NCBI GenBank assembly: GCA_053919585.1
Contig: CM132786.1
Reading direction: 5' to 3' (one strand)
From: Euprymna scolopes
Lineage: Eukaryota
DNA length: 47,364 nucleotides
Positions 23,919 to 36,762 of this stretch are shown here, one piece after another (the first letter of the stretch is position 1; every line of letters starts with the position of its first letter). The position numbers and the translations under genes are program-made. Below the pieces are notes generated by a model. That model saw only the letters and a list, made by a program, of their open reading frames with translations, did not search any database and was not told the origin of the DNA.

Positions 23919-24800
23919 ATGATGGCTACCTCCTGTCTAATAAAACAACGGAGTTCTGCATTTAGTCGGGTGCACTGTGGCGCCTGCGGTGGCAATCTGA
24001 TCTGGATTTGCCTCTCCTTATGCACATCTAAACGAGTGATGAGATCTAATTCTGTTCAGTTATCAGACTCACTCTCTCGGCATTACAAAGTTCGACAGAA
24101 AGGCAAGCCAATACGACCAGAAGCAGCGCAGCTGTATGAGTTGCCTGAAAAATGTGACAGTGTTTTGCAATCCGCTTATCGGGACTACAAACCGTTTTTT
24201 TTTTTGTTGTTGTTTTTGTCAGAGTTAAGTCTCTTAGTTTTTACCTTTCCCCAAGCGTCCACAAAGCAGTGTGGCTATTTTCACATAACAAGTGAAAATT
24301 TTAAAATATTTCCAATTTTTACGAAAATAACGTTGATCATTATAGTGGTATACAAAATAAAATCAAAATTCATAAGTGGTACTTCTTTAAAGAGTTGGGC
24401 GAAAGACAAGCAAATTTCGTTACGGTGGCGTTGTGAAAACGTTTTAAGTTTGAACGGAAGAAAGATTCTCATTGTAATTTTTTATAAAAATAAAAGCGAA
24501 ATACTTAAGTTCTTCTTAATCACTGGAAATAAATGTGAATTATTGCAAAAGCCGTTTGACAAAGACTTCTCGTTAGTATTGATCATTAAACTTCCCTGGG
24601 ATTATGATAGGAATGAGCCTTTCCACGTTCCCAGTCTTCGTCAAACTCATCTAGTGAAAATCTGGTTAGTGCTACGTCCTCGGCTTTTCCACCCTCCCCG
24701 ATCGTTCTTAACTAGTTTATGTGTGGCCCAAAAATGCGAATTAATTTTTATTCAGTTAAGGCTTGTCTTTATATTGTTTAAAATACTAAATAATGCCTGA
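23919..24800 (+). CDS. Orphan 293-aa ORF, no recognisable domain; coding status unproven
   Basis: Longest gap-free ORF in the window by more than twofold; composition looks partly non-coding (T-run-derived FFFLLLF). Confidence 0.25.
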   Translation: MMATSCLIKQRSSAFSRVHCGACGGNLIWICLSLCTSKRVMRSNSVQLSDSLSRHYKVRQKGKPIRPEAAQLYELPEKCDSVLQSAYRDYKPFFFLLLFLSELSLLVFTFPQASTKQCGYFHITSENFKIFPIFTKITLIIIVVYKIKSKFISGTSLKSWAKDKQISLRWRCENVLSLNGRKILIVIFYKNKSEILKFFLITGNKCELLQKPFDKDFSLVLIIKLPWDYDRNEPFHVPSLRQTHLVKIWLVLRPRLFHPPRSFLTSLCVAQKCELIFIQLRLVFILFKILNNA

Positions 24801-24824
24801 TCTTCTGGATTGAGCTATATTAAA

Positions 24825-25470
24825 TAAGCATGCATCTCCCCCTTGAGTGCACAGTGAACGAGGCATAAGATAATGCCCCTATTTAGCATTTGCCCCCCAT
24901 TAAACCGTAATAGTCCTCAAGGGACGTCAAATTCTGGTGAAAATTACCAAAGGTGCGGTTTTAGGCTTTAACATATGTAATTTGGAGTTCTGCAACATGA
25001 AAAAAAAGTCCATCAGTTGCCCCACCCGCATTTAGCACCAAGGGCTAAACATCTCTTAATTTGAGCCGAGCGCCATGCAACATTGCTTAATAGACATATG
25101 CCAAAAATTTTGGAAAATATGATAAAATAGTCTACAAAAATGGTATGTTTTCTTAGCCCTAAAATGGCCCCTGAGGCACATCCAAAAGTTATCGCGAAGT
25201 ATAGACAAACAAAATTATATAGAAATCATTTAGTTACAACTTTTCAGAAAGTTTAATAAAAATCCAAGGCATCAATCTTTTTTTTTTTTTTTTTTTTTTT
25301 TTTAATAAGAACAAAAGTGTCATTTTAGCCATTTTAACCCGAAAGCGACCGCTATTAAGGCACCTGGATTTTCCCCGGAAAATCAATTCTGTTACTATTT
25401 TACTCGTATCATGTTTAATGTGTGTGCAAAACTACAAAGAATTCAAAGGCGTAGTTGTTGAGAAAAGTGA
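24825..25470. mobile_element. Non-autonomous Helentron/HINE-like element, copy 2
   Basis: Colinear with 881-1535, same orientation. Confidence 0.6.
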
Positions 25471-26193
25471 ATTTACAGGTCCACTCTCCTTTTTTCGAGG
25501 GGCCAAAAATCAATTATTTAATAAATAGCTTTTTTTTTATTAACTGTGGTTTATATAAAAAGAAGTCTGTTTTATTAACTGGTTTGTATAAAAAGATGTC
25601 TGTCACTGCTATTTATGCATATATATTATTTAGCATTAATTTTTCGTTGTGACAATTTAAAGTTTTAAAAAAATCATGTAACTTAATACATTACTGCTCC
25701 CAGATAACAACGATATGCTAAGCTTGTAAGGAATAGGTTAATATTGCGAAGGACTAAATAGTACACAAAACATACATTTCCGTAGGATCGTAATTCTAAA
25801 TGGATAATCTGCGTGGGTGTATCTCCCGCCAAATTTGCTGAAATAAACATCATACCGTTTGGCGAGAATACACAGATTTATATGTATGCATAAGTGATTT
25901 TTTGTACGATTTTTATGCACTAATTTATAATTCTTTTGTAAACATCTAAAACAAATTTAGACCGTTTATCTCGAGTCGTCACATTGTGCTCCGTCAAACG
26001 ATTAATTTCTAATCGATATATTTTAATTTCAAATATTAATGTATGCGCATATGTACCAGCCTTTTTATTGAATGAAACTCATTTACTCTCTCTGGTCGGA
26101 ATCATTAAAACAACAATAAACAAACGAATTCGAAACATCTGAATAGCATTAATTTAACGATATAGTAAAAAAATATTGAAAGGTATCTTAATA

Positions 26194-26240
26194 CTAGCGA
26201 GGATGCCTGGAGTCGCCCGGTCATAAAATATGGTTAAATA
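26194..26240 (-). mobile_element. Helitron 3' terminus (minus strand)
   Basis: Reverse complement CATATTTTATGACCGGGCGACTCCAGG..CGCTAG|T. Confidence 0.65.
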
Positions 26241-26296
26241 AATGAAAAGTAAAAACATAAATAAATACGCCACTTGTGTGAAATCTTATCCTATTA

Positions 26297-26908
26297 NNNN
26301 NNNNNNNNNNNNNNNNNNNNNNNNNNNNNNNNNNNNNNNNNNNNNNNNNNNNNNNNNNNNNNNNNNNNNNNNNNNNNNNNNNNNNNNNNNNNNNNNNNNN
26401 NNNNNNNNNNNNNNNNNNNNNNNNNNNNNNNNNNNNNNNNNNNNNNNNNNNNNNNNNNNNNNCTCCCTCTGTCTCCCCCTCTCTCTATATATAAGACATT
26501 ATCTTTCTCTTTCTCTCTCACTCTTTCTCTTTCTCCCTCATTCTTTCTCTTTCTCTCCCGCTCTCGTTCTCTCTCGCTCTCGTTCTCCCTCACTCNNNNN
26601 NNNNNNNNNNNNNNNNNNNNNNNNNNNNNNNNNNNNNNNNNNNNNNNNNNNNNNNNNNNNNNNNNNNNNNNNNNNNNNNNNNNNNNNNNNNNNNNNNNNN
26701 NNNNNNNNNNNNNNNNNNNNNNNNNNNNNNNNNNAAGATTTCCCCTTCTCNNNNNNNNNNNNNNNNNNNNNNNNNNNNNNNNNNNNNNNNNNNNNNNNNN
26801 NNNNNNNNNNNNNNNNNNNNNNNNNNNNNNNNNNNNNNNNNNNNNNNNNNNNNNNNNNNNNNNNNNNNNNNNNNNNNNNNNNNNNNNNNNNNNNNNNNNN
26901 NNNNNNNN
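26297..26908. other. Three assembly gaps (26297-26462, 26596-26734, 26751-26908) around a CT-rich tract
   Basis: Directly visible. Confidence 1.
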
Positions 26909-26961
26909 TATACTCTTATTTTTGTGTGGGTGTGTATTGATACTAATATTAAAACCCGTTA

Positions 26962-27692
26962 TTGGTCTCCCGATTTATCGTAGACGGACCTATGTTTTCA
27001 GTGGCGTGCGTCCGTTATTCCGGACGATTGCCAGATCACCGTCCATGAGATTTTCCTGAAATTTTGCCACAAATTGTATTTCATTGGGTAGATGTGCACA
27101 GTAAAATATGTTTGCGAAAATTCCCGTTGCGTCTACCAGGTTCTCAAAGGAGGTTAAAAAAATACCTCAAAATGGCTACAGATGACACATTTTGCCCCAT
27201 AACTTTTGATCCATCCATAAGATTTTTCTGAAAGTTGGCCAAAATATGGAGCCCATTCTTAATATAAATCCCAAAGAGATGACCGTGACAAAATCCTGGT
27301 ACGCGTCCCTTTGGACTTTTTAGTACAAAGAACGCCCCTTTTTCGACTTTTTCATATTTCTCAACAAAAACTTGATATGCTTGGCTATATAGTGTTTTTT
27401 TTTTTTTACCGTGGCTAGCTCAAATATACGTGTTATGGCCTGAAACTGCACCGTTTGTCGATTTTTACTAGGATTCGGCGTTCCCAGGCGCTCAAAGGGG
27501 CCACAAATGGACTAAAATCGCAAACGATGACACATTTTACACAATAACTTTTGCCCCCTCGATTTAAATTTTTCTGAAACTTGGCAACGTTAGCCTTTCA
27601 TATTTCTCACATTCATCATTTCTTCACTATTTTTGGTTGCGTCATCTCACATGCAGCACAAGAGGAGACCACGTATGCGCGGCGTATTACTA
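26962..27692 (+). mobile_element. HINE/DINE-1-like element
   Basis: Subterminal inverted repeats TGGTCTCC (26963-26970)/GGAGACCA (27664-27671); 5' palindrome GTCTCCCGA..TCGTAGAC; 3' stem-loop TATGCGCGGCGTA; internal duplication GATGACACATTTT..ATAACTTTTG at ~27181 and ~27526; T-rich flanks. Confidence 0.7.
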
Positions 27693-28348
27693 TTTATTTA
27701 AAAAGAAAATACAACTTTGTTATACATTGAGCTTGGAATTGCATTCATCTGTAAAAGATCTAATTTGCCTATTTTTTTAAACATTCATTTAAATTAATTC
27801 TCTTAGTTTTTACGGTTTTTACGGGATGATCATATTGAGTTAACTATTACATTCATGCACATATTCTGCATGATTTATACTTGATTAATATTTGCGTAAA
27901 ATGCTATATAAAACACACTTTTTCAATATATATTTATGTATCTATATATACATATGGTTAAAAATTATGCCTAACACACTCCTCTGTCAGTTTTTGATCA
28001 ACGACTATGAAACTTAATATCCAGTGTATTCGAACGCATGTAAAACTTTACATTTGGATTTTAGCCAGGAGAAATTTAGCAAAAGTTAACATGAAGAAAA
28101 TAAAATTTGTCGGGTGAAGGTCGAACTACATTATGAATATGCATGGTTCATGTTTTTTTTATGATTATAGCCAACATGACTTCATAGCTCAAGCATTAAC
28201 GTCAAAGAAAAAAGTAAATCGTATACTAAACGTTTTGGTTACGATTTTCGATAGTGGCGGACGAGTAATTTTTTAAACTTTGTAAAGCATTGCTATACCA
28301 TAGGTCGAATATAATCAAATGCTAAATACGAAATCTTTATTAATCAAA

Positions 28349-28396
28349 ATATATTTAAGCGTATTTTACGACTGGGCAATGTCGGGCGGCCTGCTA

Positions 28397-28397
<1 letters not shown>
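28349..28397 (+). mobile_element. Helitron 3' terminus
   Basis: ATATTTAAGCGTATTTTACGACTGGGCAATGTCGGG..CTAG|T; homologous to 2950-3001. Confidence 0.7.
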
Positions 28398-28450
<53 letters not shown>

Positions 28451-28638
28451 AAGGTATTGCTCTTTATATACGCATACTAGCTGTATATACTCGGCTTTGT
28501 CAGGCCGAAACAATATGTCATGACATATAATTCCTTCATATATAAGCCAGCTACTGTTACATAAAATATGACGTCATCTGATGACATAATATATGAAACC
28601 ATGTGTTATATGCTAAAATATACCATGACGTTATTGTG

Positions 28639-28686
<48 letters not shown>

Positions 28687-28824
28687 CCATATTCTGACAT
28701 CATTTATGACGGATAATGGAAACAAACAGGAACTAGGCTTTAGATAGTATGAGATGTCGACACATACTTCTGACAAAGAGCTCTTATTCTATGTACATAT
28801 TTACATGAGATTTATCTTTATCTT

Positions 28825-28867
<43 letters not shown>

Positions 28868-28875
28868 CAATATGC

Positions 28876-28909
<34 letters not shown>

Positions 28910-29085
28910 TTAGAGAGAGATTCGGATAGTGCCATATATACGAGTAGTCATTCATTACATCTAGATGGATTTATACAAAGTGACGTACAAAAAGTGTAGC
29001 AAGTTGTATATATATGGTAAAACTGGTAATTAGCAAAAACCTGAAGAGAGTACTCAATACTATTGCAGAGCAAATATGTGTTTTT

Positions 29086-29338
29086 TTTATTACCGTTTTA
29101 TCTGATTGTTTAACATCTGAAACATATGTAACCAATGTTTACGATCTAACAGACTCGTTAGACCTTACGGAAGTATTCTGTAAGGTCTAACGAGGCTGTT
29201 AGATCGTATACATGTTTACGATCTAACAACCTTCTGTAAGGTCTAACAGTATCCTGTAAGGTCTGGCGAGGCTGTTAGATCGTAAACAGTGTTCAACATC
29301 GTAAACATATGTAACCAAACAGATAAAACGTTAATAAA
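29086..29338. repeat. Nested foldback (inverted-repeat) structure
   Basis: Inner hairpin with 38-bp arms at 29135-29213; second hairpin ~29213-29288; outer ~30-bp inverted arms; 16-bp direct repeat at 29120 and 29303. Confidence 0.9.
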
Positions 29339-29619
29339 GATATAGAATGGAAATATGTCACAAAGCTTTACAAGGTTTTTAATATAGATTAACAGAATAT
29401 TGTGATAAGTATTTCAGTGTGAACAGGTATGGTATAATAATTCATGGGGGTTATCTATTTTATTTTTACTTTCATCATATTTTGCTTTTGTTTTGATACC
29501 CCCAACTTCAACCCAAATTTACAACCCTTCCTTTTCATAACCTATCATACTTTCATAAATCAGAGTCCATTTTCTGTAGGCTGTTTTTGAACCCAGTCAA
29601 CAACGGGTACGTTTTCTAG

Positions 29620-29651
<32 letters not shown>

Positions 29652-30426
29652 GTGATATATACGTGAGAGCGATTGTATTCGTGATCTATACAAAGTTTGA
29701 GAGAAAGTTATAAAATGTGTGTTCAGTTGCCGATACTGTGAAAGATAAATGAATTCAAATAAGAGTCAACACTATTTTAACACATTTACGTTTTATCCAT
29801 CAACAATAAACGATGGAAGATTTGATTCCGAGTGACTGTATCTATGAAACATCGTCATAACTTGGAGAGCATCATGTTCAACTACAAAATGGCATAATAG
29901 TCGTTTTATATTATACTAAACTACAGAAAGGTCAGCGTTTTCAAAGTCGGTGTATTTTAATCATGCAAACTATCTATAAAGAGTTAACACATTTCTGTAG
30001 ATTCTTCACTGTTCAATGTTTGTTTTTACTCACACACATTGTTATTGGCTTTAACGCACATTTTCTCTAGAGTCATGTCTGACCCGCCATTTGTCGGTGC
30101 TAACAATGGATCTATGAAATACGATACGTTTTTTCTATTAGAAGCTTTTAAAAGAAACCATGTCTATAGCATCGAATATTTACTTTCAGCTATACGAACG
30201 AGGGAAAGAGACGAAAAAACATTTCCTCTAAAAATATCCAATCATTGTCCAAAGTAGATGAATCGCGCTGCACAATGACAATGCGAGCAGACAATTCGGA
30301 CATTAAACACAGTAGAAGATCAAATTGTCAGACTGCCATTTTTTTTTTATTCTAAACTTTCTCAATATTCGGACCGCTGTACACATTCATCAAATTACGG
30401 GAGTATTTTTATAAGTGATGAAGAAG

Positions 30427-30482
<56 letters not shown>

Positions 30483-30489
30483 TTTAACA

Positions 30490-31945
30490 TAACCGTACCT
30501 GATTCATCAATTTAGTGAACATTAGAATTGAAAGTCTGAGTTGTTTATTTTTAGTGTTGCAAATACGCATTATTTATTTTTGAAAAAATATACCAGGAGA
30601 GATATTGTAGAATCCAACTTTGCAATCGACTAGCATACATAGATAATTAATCCCTGCTTCTATGATGCTCTTTTTTGAGAAAGGTTATCGACATATTTAC
30701 CTGATAAGCCCAACTATAAATAAAAAAAAATCGACTGTTGTTCAGCACTTTTAATACCAGTATGATCTCTATACACTCTTTGAATGCATAACACTGTAGG
30801 CGATTTAAAGACTGGTGATTGCATGGAACTGAAGAAAATGTTATTATTACTATTATAACTAATATTGTTATTAATTTTTTACTGTTTAACACGAGCAAAA
30901 GTTTTGGTCCGTTTACTTAGATAATTTTTTTTATTTGCCAAATTATGAAGTGCTTACTTTTTTATTAAATTTTAATCACTATCGATCCATCCCTGTACTT
31001 TGAACTAATATTCAGATCCTTGCAACTTATAATAACATTTTAATCATAATAGCCGTACACTGCAACTTATAATAAAATTGTAATCATGATAGCCGTACAC
31101 ACTTCATCAATTTAGTGAACATTAAAATTGAAAGTTTTATTTGTTTTTTGGTTTTATTTTTAGTATTGCAAAAAGCCAGTATTATGTTTTCGTGAAAATA
31201 TATCCAGAATATATATTGTAGAATCGAACGTGGCCATCGGTTAACATGAATGGATATTTAATCCCTGTTCCTATTTTTTTAGAGAGAGAATTACAACATA
31301 ATGTCTGCCTTAGAGGCTCAATCTATATATCTATAAAAGTGAAAGTGTCTGCCTGTCTGTGTGTCTACATTTCCCTACGCAATAACTGTCTACAGACTCA
31401 AAATTTGATATACAGGGTACTGAGATTTGGGAAAATCGATGTGATCGGTTTTCGGCCAGAGATTCTGCGATTAAGGGGGCAAAGTGCAACGATTTGACCT
31501 TTGAGAACTCTACCAACCTCCTCCGAAACTTTTGGGTATAAGCAATTGAAATTTTACATATAGGTTTCTTGGACATGGATCTAACCGAATAACTTGATTT
31601 GAGCCCAAAAGAATAAATGTTAAGGGGTCATAGTAGGGGTCAAAGTTAACAAAATTGATTATTTTTGCTCAGCATACACCTCAAAACACCCGGGCAACGC
31701 CGGGCACCCATACTAGTATTAAATAAAAAGGCTCGACTGTTGTTCAGCACCTGTTGTAACACCAGTGTGATTTCTCTCTCTCTCCCTCTCTCTCTCCCTC
31801 TCTCTCTCTATTTTTATACACTATTTCATTATGAAACAGTTTAGGTGATTTAATATAATTAATTATTAATCCCTAACTGTACTTTGAATTATTAAGATCG
31901 ACGCAACTAATACTAATAAAAATGTCATTCATAATCGCAGCCATA
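30490..31945. repeat. Diverged ~600-bp tandem duplication, second copy interrupted by a Helitron
   Basis: TTCATCAATTTAGTGAACATTA at ~30503 and ~31103; TCGACTGTTGTTCAGCAC at ~30731 and ~31733; CTGTACTTTGAA at ~30992 and ~31877. Confidence 0.85.
31322..31716 (+). mobile_element. Complete non-autonomous Helitron (395 bp)
   Basis: A|TCTATATATCTATAAAAGTGAA ... CCCGGGCAACGCCGGG .. CTAG|T; no TSD; homologous to 43482-43903. Confidence 0.92.
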
Positions 31946-32587
31946 TCGACTCAGTAGTTGTAAAAGAACAATTTGGACGGACAGAAAAACAGAACAAATT
32001 TGATGTAGATTATTATTATTTGTATAACCAAATATATGCGTCCTTTCCGTCACATTCTACAAGTGTATATGTGTGTATATATATATATTATTATTATTAT
32101 TGTGATTAACAACAAATAAATGAGTTATTACTCGTTGATGTAGAATACCCCATCCCATACATGTAAAAAGTAATGTCTACTCGAACAGTCTTCTGACGAG
32201 ATAATGCGTTCTACATTGTTCTTTGATCTCCAAATAAGTAAATTCTGAAGATGTTATCAGGACAATGAAGAACATATAGCACTAAATCTGCATAAAATAA
32301 GTGATGCATAGGTGAGTTATCCTTACAGCATACACTACGCTATCTACAATGTAAATGTTCTTGATTGTAGGAATTATGACAATACTTACTACATACCCTC
32401 TTCGTAATGAAAAACGGAAAGGTTGTGATGAATAGTTTAATGACAAAAGAAAATTTACTACAGAACATCTCCATTGAAACATAGTGTATTAATCTCTATT
32501 TTTGCCGATTGAATTGAGCATTAAAGTTATTACATACTTGAATATAATATTATACTTTTAGATTCATACAATTGATTAGTGAAAGCG

Positions 32588-32621
<34 letters not shown>

Positions 32622-32626
32622 TATTG

Positions 32627-32665
<39 letters not shown>

Positions 32666-33618
32666 TTTTATATTGAATCGTATGGTGATAATGGGATTCT
32701 CCATCTTATAGATATAAGATTAATGAAAGGAATTCCAAAAAGATACAATCAAACTATTCATCAAATATGTATGGATAGAATATAAAAATAGTTTCCTTAA
32801 CCCTGGCAGTTTAGAAAATATATATTCTCGTCAGAGGAAATATCTACTAAACTATACGAGTTTGTCTAAATTCTTGTATCCCATTTTAGTTAGCGCAGAT
32901 AACTCGAATTCCTATAAAAAAATCTCATACAACTCTCGATTTGTTTCTGTTGACATACATACGCAAATTATATTTATTATATAGATAAAACTTTCACTGA
33001 TATTTTTGCCCTGAAAAAAATATGGAAGACGCAAGTAAAAGCGAAAAAATCCAATATTACGTTCGCTTATTCGGTTCTAATCGTTAATTTATCTTTGTAT
33101 AATTTTTCTATCATTAACAAGATAAAATAGCTTAATAAAATCCGCACTTTTCAGACAACGTTCTTTTTGTTTGACTGCAAGTGCGCGTTCGTCTGCCTTA
33201 TCGATCACATTAAGCAGAATCGATCGACTCCAAATTACACCAAGTTATTGATTTCAATCCGCTTTCGCAGGAAATTCATGAGATGATAAAGACGCCACGC
33301 CAATAACTACAATATAATCATGACAGAGATGGGGCTCTACTGAATTGAATAATGGTCATGCTAATAATGCCGATTGGTCAATAACTGATATCACTATTTA
33401 TACAATGCAGAGAATATTTCAGATGGCAGTTTTTAATGTCCTTTCTGATAGAATGGCATGTAGTGTTGGCGTCATATCAGAAGCACCTAGAGAATATGAT
33501 TTGCACAGCATTATGCGTACACGCTTTGAAACGAACATTTTTTTATTAGTGCTGTAGTTCACTTTTCTACATTACTGTATTTTAATTAAGTACCATCAAA
33601 GCTGTATTTTAGTAAACA

Positions 33619-33810
33619 CTAGCCTGCGTGCCCGACGTTGCCCGGCTTTTTCGAGGTGTGTGTTGAGCAAAAAAAAAAATCAAAACTGGTAGTAGGCAGG
33701 CAGGCAGGCTCGAACCCATACTGCGAAAGAGCCGTTAAAAAAATCCCTGGTGTCTTTACTGTTGCGCACCTCGTCAAACCTGGAAGTGGCGTAGGTTTAA
33801 ATTACCACTT
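33619..33810 (-). mobile_element. Helitron 3' portion with B-box-like segment
   Basis: CTAG at 33619-33622, hairpin CCCGACGTTGCCCGG; reverse complement contains GGTTCGAGCC followed by a T-tract. Confidence 0.65.
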
Positions 33811-35149
33811 CCATTTCTCCTGTAAGAGTTTTATAAATATGATTCAATTCACTAAAATAGGATATATTTGAAGTTTTAATAAAATTCAGTCCCCGTTGTT
33901 TCTTGGGGATTCACTAAGATATTCAGTAAAACTGTCGTTGTCTTTTTTGATAAATTTTACAACAGGAAACACTTTTAGATGTTATGTAGATTTTCTAACT
34001 TTTGTTTTAATAGAGAATACGCAAGCGCCATATACAAACGGAAATTGAGTTATTACATTTGCTGTAGAAGAGTGACGTAATTGCGCCGTGTATGCCAATG
34101 CCTCTCAACTCTTTAATGCTCGTGACAGTCTGTAAAATCTTGGATCTGAAAAATCAACGACACATTGTTTTTAGTTTTATCTTACCCGATGTTGTGACGT
34201 AATAGCAAAATATTGGGAACTTGATTTGATTTAATTATCTGTTTTTATCTTATATTTTATACTTATTTCCCCACTTTCAATAATTTACATTTATTTGCAG
34301 AGACATTTACAAACTATACTTAGGATCATTGCTTCTCAATCTCTACACAAAAATAAAATCTCAACTTTGTACTCAACAGAAAACTCAACAGAAAAACAGG
34401 TTTAAAGGTTGTTCAATAACCGGCACTAAACGTATTCCATTTTTTTCTACGCTGTCATGCCACATTAGTAGAAAGAGATAGGCATACGCAGTTAATTTAA
34501 TTATTACATTTATAATTAATTTACTAAGTCCTATTTAACACGCTGCCAATCGCCTTCTAATAATTAGATTGATATTTTCCTCTTCAATGATCTAAGGACC
34601 AGTGTAAGTCCTATACTTACTTTTACCGTCCATAGGGTCTCGAAACTGTGCAACAGAAAACTAATTTCTTGGTTTCAATTTCATGACTCTTAAAAATATA
34701 TCAAAATATCACAAACGAAAAATGATTGTGCTATTAGATTATTCAGACAACTATTTGCAGCGTGCGTTATTCTCATGTTTTTGCAAATATAACCTTTAAC
34801 CCTTCACGAGTGTAGTTTGCCGAAATCGGGAATTTTCTGTCAAACGAAAGTATATATGAAGTTTGGAAAGGAGGTAGATCCATGTCGTTACAGATAAATT
34901 TCTAAATAAAATTCACTTCTAAACGACGATGCTCAGAATGCAAATGCGAATTGCTAAAGACTATAACCAGGTCAATGCTTACGGGACGAGAACATATTAC
35001 TTACGTAGATTACATAACGTGCTCCGTTCAAAATTTCATACAGATTACAGAGTTCGACAGAAATATTCCATAGTTCAGCAAGATACGCCTGTATAAACTC
35101 GGAAGTTACATCAGTCGAAACAAGAGAATAACACTAAAGATGAGAACAG

Positions 35150-35545
35150 ATACATTGTAGTAGCTTCAATCTATGGTACCCCCTCGCTAAACTTTCACAA
35201 GAAACACTCGTCTAGCTGAAAGCACTATCAATAATTCCCACCCCAGTCTTTATCCGTGGGTAAACCTAAACGTAGATTCCATGAACAAAATTTATTTCTT
35301 AGAACTGCACGCCTGTGGACTTTTCTTCCGTTTTCCTGCTTTCCAGCTGACTACAATATGGTTGTCTTCAAGTCGAACGTAAACAAGTTCTTGATGAGCC
35401 AATCCACTTGTTAACAAATTTACCGAATTTCCATCACTAACGATTACTTTATTTTTCAACTGACTACTGTACACTCTTAACCCTCATTCTCGAGTGGTCT
35501 CTGGGCCTTGGTAAGTGGTTATGCATATGTAAAAAAATAAATAAA
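35150..35545 (+). mobile_element. CR1-group LINE 3' fragment
   Basis: Translates LQSMVPP..FTRNTRLA...FLRTARLWTFLPFSCFPADYNMVVFKSNVNKFL; 3' UTR shared with 14490-14670; A-rich tail. Confidence 0.8.
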
Positions 35546-36104
35546 AAATAATTAAACAAGCTGGAACACTCAATATAATACATCCATATTTTATTCTTTT
35601 CTACAATAAATAATGCATTTTACACACGATTTTATCACCTTTTGTTTGCGATTGTTTAAGCACAGACATCTTCAGGCAGCTAGGTATGAGTATAAATTAG
35701 CATCAAATAAGAACCATCTTAAATTAATTTTACAATGGTTTCATGAGACAAGCTTTGTAAAAATAAGAATTTCATTAGATTTTAAAGATCTTCTTTGTAT
35801 TTCTTAATTATATTCAAGGCGATTATACGATACATGTTATCATTTACAACTCGCCGCACTAATTGTCTTGGAGACACGCAACGAAAATCGATGAAATGCG
35901 GATACCACTTATCAGTTTCATTTTGATTTGAATGAGACAATAACCATCGGCTGCACCAACATAAACAACTGAATCCAATGTGCGGATTAACTATTCTGGA
36001 AACTTTGTGTTTAAATCAACAAGGTAAGATGCTTACCTCTGTTTTTCTAACATCAAACAATCGTTATTAAAGACACACGCGACGACGAGATTAAAAACGC
36101 AGAA

Positions 36105-36207
36105 AATACAAAAAAAAACATAAAAATAAATAATACAAAAAACATAAATATAAATAATACAAAAAACATAAATATCAAAAACATACAAAAAACATAAGTA
36201 TAAATAA
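36105..36207. repeat. A-rich ~24-bp minisatellite
   Basis: About four copies of AATACAAAAAACATAAATATAAAT. Confidence 0.8.
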
Positions 36208-36762
36208 TGCCGGATTAAAATATTGCTTTGAACAGCATTCTCTTCCCTTTTTGTTCTTAATCAACTTGTATTGCGCTTTCGACTTATTTAAGCCGCTTTT
36301 CACAAATCTCCGTCTGACCACGAAGATTTACTGCCATTATAATCATATTTATAACACTTGGGATTAATTTTTCCGTTTTAATTCAATGACTCTATGATTA
36401 TATTGTTAATTGATATCTTGAAAGAAAATTATTAATGTATTGAACTTATTATAACCCGTTAAAATAGATTGAAATTTACGTCCGTTGACTTAAAATGCGC
36501 GTTTTATTCCAAATTGTTTTAATTACTATCCATATTAATCACTATAAATACGATACTAAGCATTGAACAGTTATCATAATGCATAGTTCGTTGTAACTTA
36601 TTAATACAGAATTTAAGCCAACTAGTTTTTGTAGCTACCAAAAAAATGCGGAACGTACAGACAGAAAAAACTAAGAAAAATATAATATAGATATTTAAAA
36701 CATACGATACAATATCCCCTTTATGTAATCCCTACTATAAAATTCGGATATAACTAAATATA

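Noticed and set aside
24125-24195. Short matches to recalled miRNA sequences (AGCTGTATGA, CGGGACTAC)
   Set aside because: Matches are only 9-10 nt with no precursor hairpin, as expected by chance.
26242-27059. Long ORFs of 232 and 261 aa, and the ORFs at 23016-23426
   Set aside because: They are artefacts of reading through N gaps and CT/TA repeats.
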